From assembly GCA_963522215.1 (NCBI GenBank), contig CAUQXM010000003.1:306-64305 (forward strand): a stretch of DNA of 64,000 bases, given 5' to 3'. Numbering within the stretch: the stretch's first letter is position 1; each line of letters opens with the position of its first letter. This DNA is from an uncultured Streptococcus sp. GTDB taxonomy: Bacteria; Bacillota; Bacilli; Lactobacillales; Streptococcaceae. The translations under genes were made by a program, and so were the position numbers. The notes beneath the pieces are model-generated. The model did no database searches. It was given only the letters and a program-made list of their open reading frames with translations, and was not told the DNA's origin. Below are positions 20,989 to 31,029 of the stretch, one piece after another.

Positions 20989-22734
20989 ATGTCCATTATT
21001 CAAAAACTTTGGTGGTTTTTCAAGTTAGAAAAACGCCGTTATTTAGTCGGGATTGTGGCTCTGGTCTTGGTTTCCGTCCTCAACCTCATTCCCCCAATGG
21101 TTATGGGGAGGGTCATTGATGCCATCACATCGGGGCAATTAACCCAGCAGGACCTCCTTCTTGCCCTATTTTACTTGCTTCTTGCAGCCTTTGGGATGTA
21201 CTATCTGCGCTATGTTTGGCGTATGTATATCCTCGGTACTTCCTACCGTTTGGGACAGATTATGCGCTCTCGCTTATTTGAGCATTTCACAAAAATGTCT
21301 CCAGCCTTTTATCAAACCTATAGGACGGGGGACCTGATGGCACACGCAACCAACGATATCAATGCCTTAACGCGTCTGGCAGGGGGAGGGGTTATGTCAG
21401 CGGTTGATGCCTCAATCACAGCTTTAGTGACCTTGTTGACCATGCTCTTTAGCATTTCATGGCAGATGACCTTGGTTGCCATTCTTCCCCTGCCTTTCAT
21501 GGCTTATGCGACCAGTCGTCTAGGGAGAAAGACCCACAAGGCCTTTGGCGAATCCCAAGCTGCCTTTTCCGAACTTAATAACAAGGTACAGGAGTCTGTA
21601 TCAGGTATTAAAGTGACCAAGTCTTTCGGTTACCAGGCGGACGAGTTGAAGTCCTTTCAGGCAGTCAATGAATTGACCTTCCAAAAGAACCTGCAAACCA
21701 TGAAATACGATAGTCTCTTTGACCCCATGGTTCTCTTGTTTGTTGGTTCATCCTATGTGTTAACCCTCTTGGTCGGCTCCTTGATGGTTCAGGAAGGGAA
21801 GATTACAGTTGGAAATCTAGTAACCTTTATAAGCTACTTGGATATGCTGGTCTGGCCTCTCATGGCCATTGGCTTCCTCTTTAATATTACCCAGCGAGGG
21901 AAGGTTTCCTATCAGCGGATTGAGGAACTTTTGTCTCAGGAATCACCTGTACAAGACCCTGAGTTTCCTTTAGATGGCATTGAAAACGGGCGCTTGCAGT
22001 ATGCCATTGATAGCTTTGCCTTTGAAAATGAGGAAACACTGACAAATGTTCACTTTAGTTTGGAAAAAGGGCAAACTCTGGGCTTGGTTGGTCAGACAGG
22101 CTCTGGAAAAACGTCCTTAATCAAGCTCCTTTTGCGTGAATATGATGTGGATAAGGGTGCTATTTACCTAAACGGTCATAATATTCGTGACTATCGTCTG
22201 ACAGATCTTCGTAGTCTCATGGGCTACGTCCCTCAGGACCAGTTCCTCTTTGCGACTTCAATCTTAGACAATATTCGCTTTGGGAATCCTGATTTACCCC
22301 TTTCAGCGGTCGAGGAAGCGACTAAGCTAGCCCAAGTTTACCAAGACATTGTAGCTATGCCTCAGGGATTTGATACGCTGATTGGAGAAAAAGGAGTCAG
22401 TCTTTCTGGAGGTCAAAAGCAGCGTCTGGCCATGAGTCGGGCTATGATTTTAGACCCTGATATCTTGATTTTGGATGATTCTTTGTCGGCCGTGGATGCC
22501 AAGACAGAGTATGCGATTATCGACAACCTCAAGGAGACGCGAAAGGACAAGACAACCATTATTACGGCTCATCGCCTCAGTGCGGTTGTCCATGCAGATT
22601 TGATTTTAGTTCTGCAAAATGGCCAAATTATCGAACGAGGCAGGCATGAAGACTTGCTAGCTTTGGATGGCTGGTATGCCCAAACCTACCAGTCTCAGCA
22701 GCTGGAAATGAAGGGAGAAGAAGATGCAGAATAA
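20989..22734 (+). CDS. Heterodimeric ABC exporter subunit 1 (BmrC/YheI-like)
   Basis: TMD+NBD; LSGGQKQR; degenerate LDDSLS; likely start MSIIQ. Confidence 0.9.
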   Translation: MSIIQKLWWFFKLEKRRYLVGIVALVLVSVLNLIPPMVMGRVIDAITSGQLTQQDLLLALFYLLLAAFGMYYLRYVWRMYILGTSYRLGQIMRSRLFEHFTKMSPAFYQTYRTGDLMAHATNDINALTRLAGGGVMSAVDASITALVTLLTMLFSISWQMTLVAILPLPFMAYATSRLGRKTHKAFGESQAAFSELNNKVQESVSGIKVTKSFGYQADELKSFQAVNELTFQKNLQTMKYDSLFDPMVLLFVGSSYVLTLLVGSLMVQEGKITVGNLVTFISYLDMLVWPLMAIGFLFNITQRGKVSYQRIEELLSQESPVQDPEFPLDGIENGRLQYAIDSFAFENEETLTNVHFSLEKGQTLGLVGQTGSGKTSLIKLLLREYDVDKGAIYLNGHNIRDYRLTDLRSLMGYVPQDQFLFATSILDNIRFGNPDLPLSAVEEATKLAQVYQDIVAMPQGFDTLIGEKGVSLSGGQKQRLAMSRAMILDPDILILDDSLSAVDAKTEYAIIDNLKETRKDKTTIITAHRLSAVVHADLILVLQNGQIIERGRHEDLLALDGWYAQTYQSQQLEMKGEEDAE

Positions 22735-24466
22735 ACAAGAACAATGGACTGTATTGAAGCGCTTGATGTCTTATCTCAAGCCTTATGGACTCCTGACCTT
22801 TTTGGCACTCAGTTTTCTCCTAGCGACGACGGTCATTAAAAGTGTCATTCCCCTTGTGGCTTCCCACTTTATCGACCAGTATCTCAGCAATCTTAACCAA
22901 CTAGCTGTGACCGTTTTGCTGGCCTACTATGGTCTTTATATCCTGCAAACTCTGGTTCAGTATGTCGGCAATCTTCTCTTTGCGCGGGTGTCCTACAGTA
23001 TTGTCAGAGATATTCGTCGCGATGCCTTTGCAAATATGGAGAAGCTGGGTATGTCTTATTTTGACAAGACGCCAGCAGGTTCCATCGTCTCTCGTTTGAC
23101 AAATGATACCGAGACCATCAGTGATATGTTTTCGGGGATTTTGTCTAGCTTTATCTCAGCATTTTTCATTTTTCTGACAACCCTTTACACCATGTTGGTG
23201 CTGGATTTCCGTTTGACAGCTTTAGTCTTGCTCTTTCTTCCCTTGATTTTCCTTTTGGTCAATCTCTATCGGAAAAAGTCAGTCAAGATTATCGAAAAAA
23301 CCAGAAGTCTCTTGTCAGATATCAATAGTAAGCTGGCAGAGAATATCGAAGGAATCAGAATTATTCAGGCCTTTAATCAAGAGAAGCGCCTACAGGCAGA
23401 ATTTGATGAAATCAACCAAGAACACTTGGTCTACGCCAACCGTTCTGTAGCCTTGGATGCCCTCTTTTTACGTCCTGCCATGAGTTTGCTGAAACTTCTA
23501 GGCTACGCTGTTTTGATGGCCTACTTTGGCTATCGTGGACTTTATCTGGGAATAACGGCCGGGACCATGTATGCCTTTATCCAGTATATCAATCGTCTCT
23601 TTGACCCCTTAATTGAGGTGACGCAAAACTTTTCAACCCTGCAAACGTCTATGGTTTCTGCAGGCCGTGTCTTTGCCTTGATCGATGAGAGGACCTATGA
23701 GCCTCTTCAGGAAGATGGGCAAACTAAAGTTAAAGAAGGCAATATTCGTTTTGAACATGTGTGTTTCTCATATGATGGAAAACATCCGATTCTGGATGAC
23801 ATTTCTTTCTCTGTTAACAAGGGTGAAACTATTGCCTTTGTAGGCCATACAGGTTCAGGAAAATCTTCGATTATCAATGTCCTTATGCGCTTTTATGAAT
23901 TCCAGTCAGGGAGAGTTCTCTTGGATGATGTGGATATCAGGAACTACAGTCAGGAAGAGTTGAGAAAAAACATTGGTCTGGTCTTGCAGGAACCCTTCCT
24001 CTATCACGGGACTATCAAGTCCAATATCGCCATGTACCAAGACATTAGTGATGAGCAGGTTCAGGCTGCGGCTGCCTTTGTGGATGCAGATTCCTTTATT
24101 CAAGAACTTCCTCAGGGATATGATGCACCTGTTTCTGAGCGTGGTTCGAGCTTCTCTACTGGTCAGCGCCAGCTTCTTGCCTTTGCCAGAACAGTCGCCA
24201 GTCAGCCTAAAATCCTGATTTTGGATGAAGCGACAGCCAATATTGATTCTGAAACAGAAAGCTTGGTTCAAGCTTCTCTGGCTAAGATGAGACAGGGACG
24301 GACAACCATTGCCATCGCTCACCGTCTTTCTACTATCCAAGACGCCAACTGTATTTATGTTTTGGATAAGGGGCGCATTATCGAGAGTGGAACCCATGAG
24401 GAACTCTTGGCTCTGGGAGGAACCTATCACAAGATGTATAGTTTGCAGGCAGGGGCCATGTCTTAA
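22724..24466 (+). CDS. Heterodimeric ABC exporter subunit 2 (BmrD/YheH-like)
   Basis: GHTGSGKS, FSTGQRQ, LDEATA. Confidence 0.9.
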   Translation: MQNKQEQWTVLKRLMSYLKPYGLLTFLALSFLLATTVIKSVIPLVASHFIDQYLSNLNQLAVTVLLAYYGLYILQTLVQYVGNLLFARVSYSIVRDIRRDAFANMEKLGMSYFDKTPAGSIVSRLTNDTETISDMFSGILSSFISAFFIFLTTLYTMLVLDFRLTALVLLFLPLIFLLVNLYRKKSVKIIEKTRSLLSDINSKLAENIEGIRIIQAFNQEKRLQAEFDEINQEHLVYANRSVALDALFLRPAMSLLKLLGYAVLMAYFGYRGLYLGITAGTMYAFIQYINRLFDPLIEVTQNFSTLQTSMVSAGRVFALIDERTYEPLQEDGQTKVKEGNIRFEHVCFSYDGKHPILDDISFSVNKGETIAFVGHTGSGKSSIINVLMRFYEFQSGRVLLDDVDIRNYSQEELRKNIGLVLQEPFLYHGTIKSNIAMYQDISDEQVQAAAAFVDADSFIQELPQGYDAPVSERGSSFSTGQRQLLAFARTVASQPKILILDEATANIDSETESLVQASLAKMRQGRTTIAIAHRLSTIQDANCIYVLDKGRIIESGTHEELLALGGTYHKMYSLQAGAMS

Positions 24467-24491
24467 TACTCTTTGATTTTCATTGAGTGTA
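24464..24491 (+). repeat. Collapsed BOX element remnant
   Basis: TAATACTCTT (boxA start) joined to TTTGATTTTCATTGAGTGTA (boxC end). Confidence 0.55.
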
Positions 24492-24596
24492 AGAAGGAAA
24501 TCCTTCAAATTACAGATTTCTTTCACCGCCTTTTCCATTTTGTGGTATAATGAAAAATGTTGACAAATAGTATAATAAAAACAAAGGAGAAACAGC

Positions 24597-25289
24597 ATGC
24601 TGAAATGGGAAGACTTGCCCGTGGAAATGAAATCAAGCGAGGTTGAGTCTTACTACCAGCTTGTCTCTAAAAGGAAGGGTTCGCTGATTTTTAAGCGTTG
24701 CTTGGACTGGGTTTTGGCCGTAGTCTTGCTGATTCTAACCTCTCCTATCTTTCTCATCTTGAGCATTTGGATCAAGTTGGATAGCAAGGGGCCAGTGATT
24801 TACAAGCAAGAGCGCGTGACCCAGTACAATCGACCTTTCAAGATTTGGAAGTTCCGTACCATGGTGACGGATGCGGATAAAAAAGGGAGTCTGGTGACTT
24901 CTGCTAACGATAGCCGTATTACCAAGGTTGGCAATTTCATCCGCCGTGTGCGTTTGGACGAACTGCCTCAACTGGTCAATGTCCTTAAAGGCGAAATGTC
25001 CTTTGTCGGTACACGACCTGAAGTGCCACGCTACACAGAACAGTATAGCCCTGAGATGATGGCAACCTTGCTTTTACCAGCAGGGATTACCTCTCCAGCC
25101 AGCATCAACTACAAGGATGAGGACACCATTATTAGTCAAATGACGGAGAAAGGTTTGTCGGTTGACCAGGCCTATGTGGAGCATGTTCTTCCTGAAAAGA
25201 TGCGCTATAACCTTGCCTATCTCCGAGAGTTTAGTTTCCTTGGAGACATCAAAATCATGTTTCAAACCGTGTTTGAAGTGCTAAAATAA
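24597..25289 (+). CDS. Phosphoglycosyl transferase (teichoic acid AATGal-P initiating, probable)
   Basis: KFRTM, LDELPQL, GEMSFVGTRP; adjacent sugar aminotransferase. Confidence 0.85.
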   Translation: MLKWEDLPVEMKSSEVESYYQLVSKRKGSLIFKRCLDWVLAVVLLILTSPIFLILSIWIKLDSKGPVIYKQERVTQYNRPFKIWKFRTMVTDADKKGSLVTSANDSRITKVGNFIRRVRLDELPQLVNVLKGEMSFVGTRPEVPRYTEQYSPEMMATLLLPAGITSPASINYKDEDTIISQMTEKGLSVDQAYVEHVLPEKMRYNLAYLREFSFLGDIKIMFQTVFEVLK

Positions 25290-25331
25290 AGTAGTCATGA
25301 GAAAATGAGTACAGATAAAAGGAGCAAATCA

Positions 25332-26558
25332 ATGCCAAATTACAATATTCCATTTTCACCACCCGATATTACGGAAGCAGAAATTGCTGAAGTAGCGGAT
25401 ACCCTGCGTTCTGGTTGGATCACAACAGGTCCTAAGACAAAAGAACTAGAGCGTCGCTTGTCTCAATACACACAGACGCCTAAGACTGTCTGCCTCAATT
25501 CTGCAACTGCCGCTCTTGAGTTGATTTTGCGCGTCTTGGAAGTTGGACCTGGTGATGAAGTCATCGTTCCAGCCATGACCTATACAGCTTCATGTAGTGT
25601 CATTACTCACGTAGGAGCGACCCCTGTCATGGTGGATATTCAAGCAGATACGTTTGAGATGGACTATGACTTGCTGGAGCAAGCTATCACTGAGAAAACT
25701 AAGGTGATCATCCCAGTAGAACTTGCAGGGATTGTTTGCGACTATGACCGTTTGTTCCAAGTTGTGGAAAAGAAACGTGACCTCTTTACTGCTTCAAGCA
25801 AGTGGCAAAAAGCCTTTAACCGTATTGTGATTGTCTCTGATAGTGCCCACGCTTTGGGATCTACTTATAAAGAACAACCAGCTGGTTCTATCGCTGACTT
25901 TACTTCCTTCTCATTCCATGCTGTTAAGAACTTTACAACGGCAGAAGGTGGAAGTGCCACTTGGAAGGCCAATCCAGCGATTGATGACGAAGAAATGTAC
26001 AAGGAATTCCAAATTCTTTCCCTTCATGGTCAAACTAAGGATGCCCTAGCCAAGATGCAACTGGGCTCATGGGAATACGATATCGTAACACCAGCCTACA
26101 AGTGCAATATGACAGATATCATGGCATCACTTGGATTGGTACAATTGGATCGTTACCCAAGTTTGCTTGGCCGGCGTAAGGACATCGTGGACCGTTATGA
26201 TCGTGGTTTTTCAGGTTCTCGTATCCATCCATTGGCACACAAGACTGATAGTGTCGAATCTTCACGCCACCTCTACATCACCCATGTAGAAGGAGCAAGC
26301 CTAGAAGAACGCAACCTCATCATTCAAGAATTGGCTAAAGCAGGAATTGCAAGTAACGTACACTATAAACCGCTTCCACTCTTAACAGCCTATAAGAATC
26401 TTGGCTTTGATATGGCGAATTATCCTAAGGCCTATGCCTTCTTTGAAAATGAAATTACGCTCCCTCTTCACACTAAATTAAGCGATGAAGAAGTGGACTA
26501 TATCATTGAGACTTTCAAAACAGTTTCTGAAAAAGTGCTAACTTCATCAAAAAAATGA
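25332..26558 (+). CDS. DegT/DnrJ PLP sugar aminotransferase (AATGal synthesis, probable)
   Basis: NSATAAL, DSAHALG, SFHAVKNFTTAEGG; start MPNYN after GGAG. Confidence 0.9.
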   Translation: MPNYNIPFSPPDITEAEIAEVADTLRSGWITTGPKTKELERRLSQYTQTPKTVCLNSATAALELILRVLEVGPGDEVIVPAMTYTASCSVITHVGATPVMVDIQADTFEMDYDLLEQAITEKTKVIIPVELAGIVCDYDRLFQVVEKKRDLFTASSKWQKAFNRIVIVSDSAHALGSTYKEQPAGSIADFTSFSFHAVKNFTTAEGGSATWKANPAIDDEEMYKEFQILSLHGQTKDALAKMQLGSWEYDIVTPAYKCNMTDIMASLGLVQLDRYPSLLGRRKDIVDRYDRGFSGSRIHPLAHKTDSVESSRHLYITHVEGASLEERNLIIQELAKAGIASNVHYKPLPLLTAYKNLGFDMANYPKAYAFFENEITLPLHTKLSDEEVDYIIETFKTVSEKVLTSSKK

Positions 26559-26638
26559 CAAACTACAGTCAAGTAATAGTGATTCTGTTTCTAAAAAGTC
26601 TAATTGAGTGTAAAACTGTTGTTTTCAATTGAAAGTCC

Positions 26639-26745
26639 TATAGTAAAATGAAATAAAAACAGGACAAATTAATCAGGATAGTCAAATTAATTTCTAGCAA
26701 TATTTTAGAAGCAAAGGTGTACTCTTATAGTTTCAATATACTGTA
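26639..26745. repeat. RUP element (IS630-Spn1-related MITE)
   Basis: 107 bp TATAGTAAAATGAAATAA...TTTCAATATACTGTA. Confidence 0.85.
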
Positions 26746-26848
26746 TGGTTTGAAATGAGATGTGAGCAATTTGGTGTAGCATTTAGAATTTTTATTAGGC
26801 ATCATTTAGAAAATGTAGTGTCTTGTTCTAGTTTTCAATTCACCCTAT
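26743..26848. repeat. Second, degenerate RUP-like copy in tandem
   Basis: TGAAATGAGATGTGAGCAATT and TTTAGAAAATGTAGTGTCTTGTTCTAGTTTTCAATT resemble RUP segments. Confidence 0.55.
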
Positions 26849-26853
26849 TTTTT

Positions 26854-26907
26854 GAAAGACGCGAGTTTCCACGAATGAGGTTGTGGAAACTCGCGTCTTT
26901 CTTTTTT
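26854..26907 (+). terminator. 19-bp perfect hairpin followed by a T run
   Basis: GAAAGACGCGAGTTTCCAC / GTGGAAACTCGCGTCTTTC-TTTTTT. Confidence 0.7.
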
Positions 26908-27364
26908 GTTTTCAGAATATTGTTCAAAGTTTTGAGACTATTTTTCATGTTCTAGTCATTCTTTTGAAATAATCTATAAAACACGTGTCTACAATGATCT
27001 ATATGTCCTATTCCAGTATTTTAGAAGAACTGCGTCTATTTTTATAGAGCTTGAATCTAGCTTTTATAGAAAATCTATTTAAGAAATATATTGTATTGTT
27101 TTGATTTCAATCCGCTATATGAACGATATTCATGTAAATATACCTGGTGAATGCTTGCATGACAAGATATTTGTTCTTGTATTTATAAATTAGTATTTTA
27201 CGAGATATCAACATGCTTTAAATACAGTGAATAGGATATTTTTATGTTCAAGCTAAGAAAGATAGTAATCACTTTTGAATGGAAGGTTAAAGAATTATTA
27301 GAAGTATGGTTAGATATATAAATGGTCACGCTTTCACAATTTTGATATTTTATTGTGTTATTCC

Positions 27365-27420
27365 TTGACAATTTTGATTTAAAAATATATTATAAAGAAA
27401 ATGACAGCGGTGTCATTTTC
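27365..27420 (+). promoter_or_regulatory. pfbA promoter with LacI-type operator
   Basis: TTGACA-17-TATTAT; palindrome GAAAATGACA-GCGG-TGTCATTTTC at 27397-27420. Confidence 0.75.
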
Positions 27421-27479
27421 TGGTATGGAATTTATATGAATATTAAATTAGGACATAATATTTTTAATTGGAGGCTAAT

Positions 27480-29588
27480 ATGAAATCTTTTCAACAAAAT
27501 GAGGTTTTCTCTATTCGTAAGTCTAAGGTGGGAGTTTGCTCAGTTCTCTTAGCGGTTTTATTTATTGGAACACAAAGTGTTTTAGCTAATGAAGTAGTTG
27601 GTGAAACTTCTTCGTCTAAAGATAATATGCAAATGAACTCTTTGTTGAGTAGCACATCTACATCATTATCTGCGGAACCCCATTCTGATACTCTCAGTCT
27701 TGATAACAATTCAAGTTTAAGTACTGATAATAATGGAGGAGTGAGTATTAATCAAAATAAACCTGATATAACAAATGATACTATGATTGGTAACATCTCT
27801 GGGATGGAAGTGAATACTATTTTAAGTACTAATCTGAACGAACACGTAGCTTTGAATGTTAAAGATTATGGAGCAATAGGTGACGGGGTTAATGATGATC
27901 GTCAAGCAATTCAAGATACAATAGATGCTGCAGCTAAAGGACTAGGCGGAGGAAATGTATATTTTCCTGAAGGAACTTATTTAGTAAAAGAAATTGTTTT
28001 TTTAAAAAGTCATACACACTTAGAATTGAATGAGAAAGCTACAATTCTAAATGGTATAAATATTAAGAATCACCCTTCTATTGTTTTTATGACAGGTTTA
28101 TTTACGGATGATGGTGCGCAAGTAGAATGGGGCCCAACAGAAGATATTAGTTATTCTGGTGGTACTATTGATATGAACGGTGCTTTGAATGAAGAAGGAA
28201 CTAAAGCAAAAAATCTACCACTTATAAATTCTTCAGGTGCATTTGCTATTGGGAATTCAAATAACGTAACTATAAAAAACGTAACATTCAAGGATAGTTA
28301 TCAAGGGCATGCTATTCAAATTGCAGGTTCGAAAAATGTATTAGTCGATAATTCTCGTTTTCTTGGTCAAGCTTTACCTAAAACTATGAAAGATGGGCAA
28401 ATTATAAGTAAGGAGAGTATTCAGATTGAACCATTGACTAGAAAAGGTTTTCCTTATGCTTTGAATGATGATGGGAAAAAATCTGAAAATGTTACTATTC
28501 AAAATTCATATTTTGGTAAAAGTGATAAATCTGGAGAATTAGTAACAGCAATTGGTACACACTATCAAACATTGTCGACACAGAACCCCTCTAATATTAA
28601 AATTTTAAATAATCATTTTGATAACATGATGTATTCTGGTGTACGTTTTACAGGATTCACTGATATTTTAATTAAAGGAAATAGATTTGATAAGAAAGTA
28701 AAAGGAGAAAGTGTACATTATAGAGAAAATGGTGCAGCCTTAATAAATGCTTTTAGTTATAAAAATGTAAAAGATGAACTTGATTTAAATAAGAAAGTCG
28801 TTATTACTGAAAATACATTTTATATTTCTGATCCTAAAACAAAGGCTATTAGAGTAGCAAAAGATAGTGCAGAATATTTAGGAAAAGTATCAGATATTAC
28901 TGTAACAAAAAATGTAATTAATAATAATTCTAAGGAAACAGAACAACCAAATATTGAATTATTACGAGTTAGTGATAATTTAGTAGTCTCAGAGAATAGT
29001 ATATTCGGCGGTAAAGAAGGAATTGTTATTGAGGATTCAAAGGGTAAAATAACCGTTTTAAATAACCAATTTTATAATTTATCCGGTAAGTATATATCAT
29101 TCATCAAATCTAATGCAAATGGGAAAGAACCAGTTATACGTGATAGCGATGGTAATTTCAATATTGTAACGGAGAATGGGCTTTACAAAATTGTAACAAA
29201 TAACTTAAGTGATAAAAACGAAAAAGAAAAAAACAAAGAGGAAAAATTTAAAACAAGTTCATATGTGCATGAAAAACAATCTAATTCAAATAATGTAATT
29301 GATAGTAACCAGAAGAAAGGAGAGTTTAACTCAAGTAAAGATAATAGACAAATTAATGACAAGATCGACAATAAACAAGATAATAAGATAGAAGAAGTGA
29401 ACCATAAAAAAGTTGGAGATGGCAGAGAAACTGAAAATCATATTAATAAATCTAAAGAAATAGTAGAGGTAAAACAAAAATTACCAAAGACTGGTTCGAA
29501 CAAGATTATGGAACTATTCTTAACAGTGACAGGAATTGGTTTACTTTTGACACTAAAAGGGTTGAAGTATTATGGTAAAGATAAATAA
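27480..29588 (+). CDS. pfbA: Cell-wall-anchored beta-helix protein PfbA
   Basis: FSIRK..G..S signal, NVKDYGAIGDGVNDD pectate-lyase-3-type start, LPKTG anchor; ATG 27480 after GGAGG. Confidence 0.9.
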   Translation: MKSFQQNEVFSIRKSKVGVCSVLLAVLFIGTQSVLANEVVGETSSSKDNMQMNSLLSSTSTSLSAEPHSDTLSLDNNSSLSTDNNGGVSINQNKPDITNDTMIGNISGMEVNTILSTNLNEHVALNVKDYGAIGDGVNDDRQAIQDTIDAAAKGLGGGNVYFPEGTYLVKEIVFLKSHTHLELNEKATILNGINIKNHPSIVFMTGLFTDDGAQVEWGPTEDISYSGGTIDMNGALNEEGTKAKNLPLINSSGAFAIGNSNNVTIKNVTFKDSYQGHAIQIAGSKNVLVDNSRFLGQALPKTMKDGQIISKESIQIEPLTRKGFPYALNDDGKKSENVTIQNSYFGKSDKSGELVTAIGTHYQTLSTQNPSNIKILNNHFDNMMYSGVRFTGFTDILIKGNRFDKKVKGESVHYRENGAALINAFSYKNVKDELDLNKKVVITENTFYISDPKTKAIRVAKDSAEYLGKVSDITVTKNVINNNSKETEQPNIELLRVSDNLVVSENSIFGGKEGIVIEDSKGKITVLNNQFYNLSGKYISFIKSNANGKEPVIRDSDGNFNIVTENGLYKIVTNNLSDKNEKEKNKEEKFKTSSYVHEKQSNSNNVIDSNQKKGEFNSSKDNRQINDKIDNKQDNKIEEVNHKKVGDGRETENHINKSKEIVEVKQKLPKTGSNKIMELFLTVTGIGLLLTLKGLKYYGKDK

Positions 29589-30318
29589 AATTTGTTCGAT
29601 ACAAGGAAGTTCCGTAGAAAATGAGGATGCTGTAGGTTCACAAAATCAGTATTTTTGGATTATTGATGGAGCTACAGATTTATATAATTCTAAAGAGGAG
29701 ATAGGTTATTCAGTCTCAGAAGTTGTACATATTTTATCAGAAAGTTTGTCGGTTAATTGTAAAGAATCAAAAACTCTTAAACAAATATTTGAAACTGCTT
29801 TACTAGAGGTTAAAGATGAAATCGGTTTAAACTCATATGAATTAACAGAGTATTATCGCTTACCAACATTTGCTTTTATATTTGCTAAACTTTCAGAAAA
29901 AAAGTTGGAGTATATGATGCTAGGTGACTGCGTCATGTTAGTAAACGAAATGGAAATAACTGATCATAGAGTAGATAACTTATTTGAAAAAGGGAAAAAT
30001 GAGATAAAAGACTCAATTGGTACAAATAGTGTTTTAAATAAAAAAATTATTTTACAAAAAATCAGAAAATTATCTAATCAACCGAGTGGGTACTGGATAG
30101 GTTCGTTGGATGAAAGATTTTTAGACCATGCTATTATTAATCAAATAGATGTTACTAGTGAACAAATTGTTTTAATGAGCGATGGCTTTTATGAATTCTA
30201 TCAAAATAATCAAAATAAAACTTTTGAAGAGTTAATTAAGATGAGATTTAATTCTTCTGCTATTGATCCAATCTATGGAAAGAAAGATGATGCAAGTATT
30301 GTAGTTATTGATGTTTGA
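29572..30318 (+). CDS. PP2C-like phosphatase domain protein
   Basis: NEDA, IDGA, LGDC, LMSDG, KDDAS motifs in PP2C order. Confidence 0.75.
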   Translation: MVKINKICSIQGSSVENEDAVGSQNQYFWIIDGATDLYNSKEEIGYSVSEVVHILSESLSVNCKESKTLKQIFETALLEVKDEIGLNSYELTEYYRLPTFAFIFAKLSEKKLEYMMLGDCVMLVNEMEITDHRVDNLFEKGKNEIKDSIGTNSVLNKKIILQKIRKLSNQPSGYWIGSLDERFLDHAIINQIDVTSEQIVLMSDGFYEFYQNNQNKTFEELIKMRFNSSAIDPIYGKKDDASIVVIDV

Positions 30319-30375
30319 TATATTGTTTAAAATATTAATTGTTACTATTGAACTTTGTTAAGAAGAGGTACCTAA

Positions 30376-31017
30376 ATGTTAAGGTTATATTTAGAAAATG
30401 AAATTATAGAATTATCAAATAATTTAGAGACCATTTGGGTATCTGTGCTTGATAAATATGAGAAGTTATTTGAATATTTATCAAATGAAGAACGAATAGA
30501 ATTGATTAAAGAAGATTTAATCATAAATGAGTCAGTTCTAAATGTTGATAAAAAAGGATATGAGTTAATTTGTTTACAACATCCCGTTTCATATGACTTA
30601 AGAAGAATTATTAGTGTAATAAAAATATCAACTGACATTGAACGTATTGGGGATAGAATTGTTGAAATTTTAAAAAATCTACAGATTATTCAAAATAATG
30701 AAATTTTGAAGAAAATTATTTCAGAAATAAAAATACTTCATGAAGTTATCGGACTGCATATGAATAGGGCTATATCTTGTTATAGAGAGGAACAATCTGG
30801 ATGTTTAGATATGGTTGTTATACAAAAACAGAATGAGATAGAAGAGCTTAGTACAAATATTGAAAATAAAATAATGAATTACATATTTGAAGATGATGGG
30901 AATGTTTCTGAAGTAATTGGTGCTTTAGATATTATTCATCACCTTGATAAAATTGCTCATACTACGCAATCAATTTATAAATGGATAATGTATAGAAAAT
31001 ATGGGAACATAAATTAG
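30376..31017 (+). CDS. PhoU-family protein
   Basis: QHPVSYDLRRIISVIKISTDIERIGD. Confidence 0.85.
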   Translation: MLRLYLENEIIELSNNLETIWVSVLDKYEKLFEYLSNEERIELIKEDLIINESVLNVDKKGYELICLQHPVSYDLRRIISVIKISTDIERIGDRIVEILKNLQIIQNNEILKKIISEIKILHEVIGLHMNRAISCYREEQSGCLDMVVIQKQNEIEELSTNIENKIMNYIFEDDGNVSEVIGALDIIHHLDKIAHTTQSIYKWIMYRKYGNIN

Positions 31018-31029
31018 AAAGAAAAATAT

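Noticed and set aside
23906..24598. 230-aa antisense ORF and the many other shadow ORFs in the track
   Set aside because: They lie opposite or out of frame within well-supported genes and have no motifs
26755..26955. 66-aa ORF
   Set aside because: Runs through a degenerate RUP and a terminator hairpin
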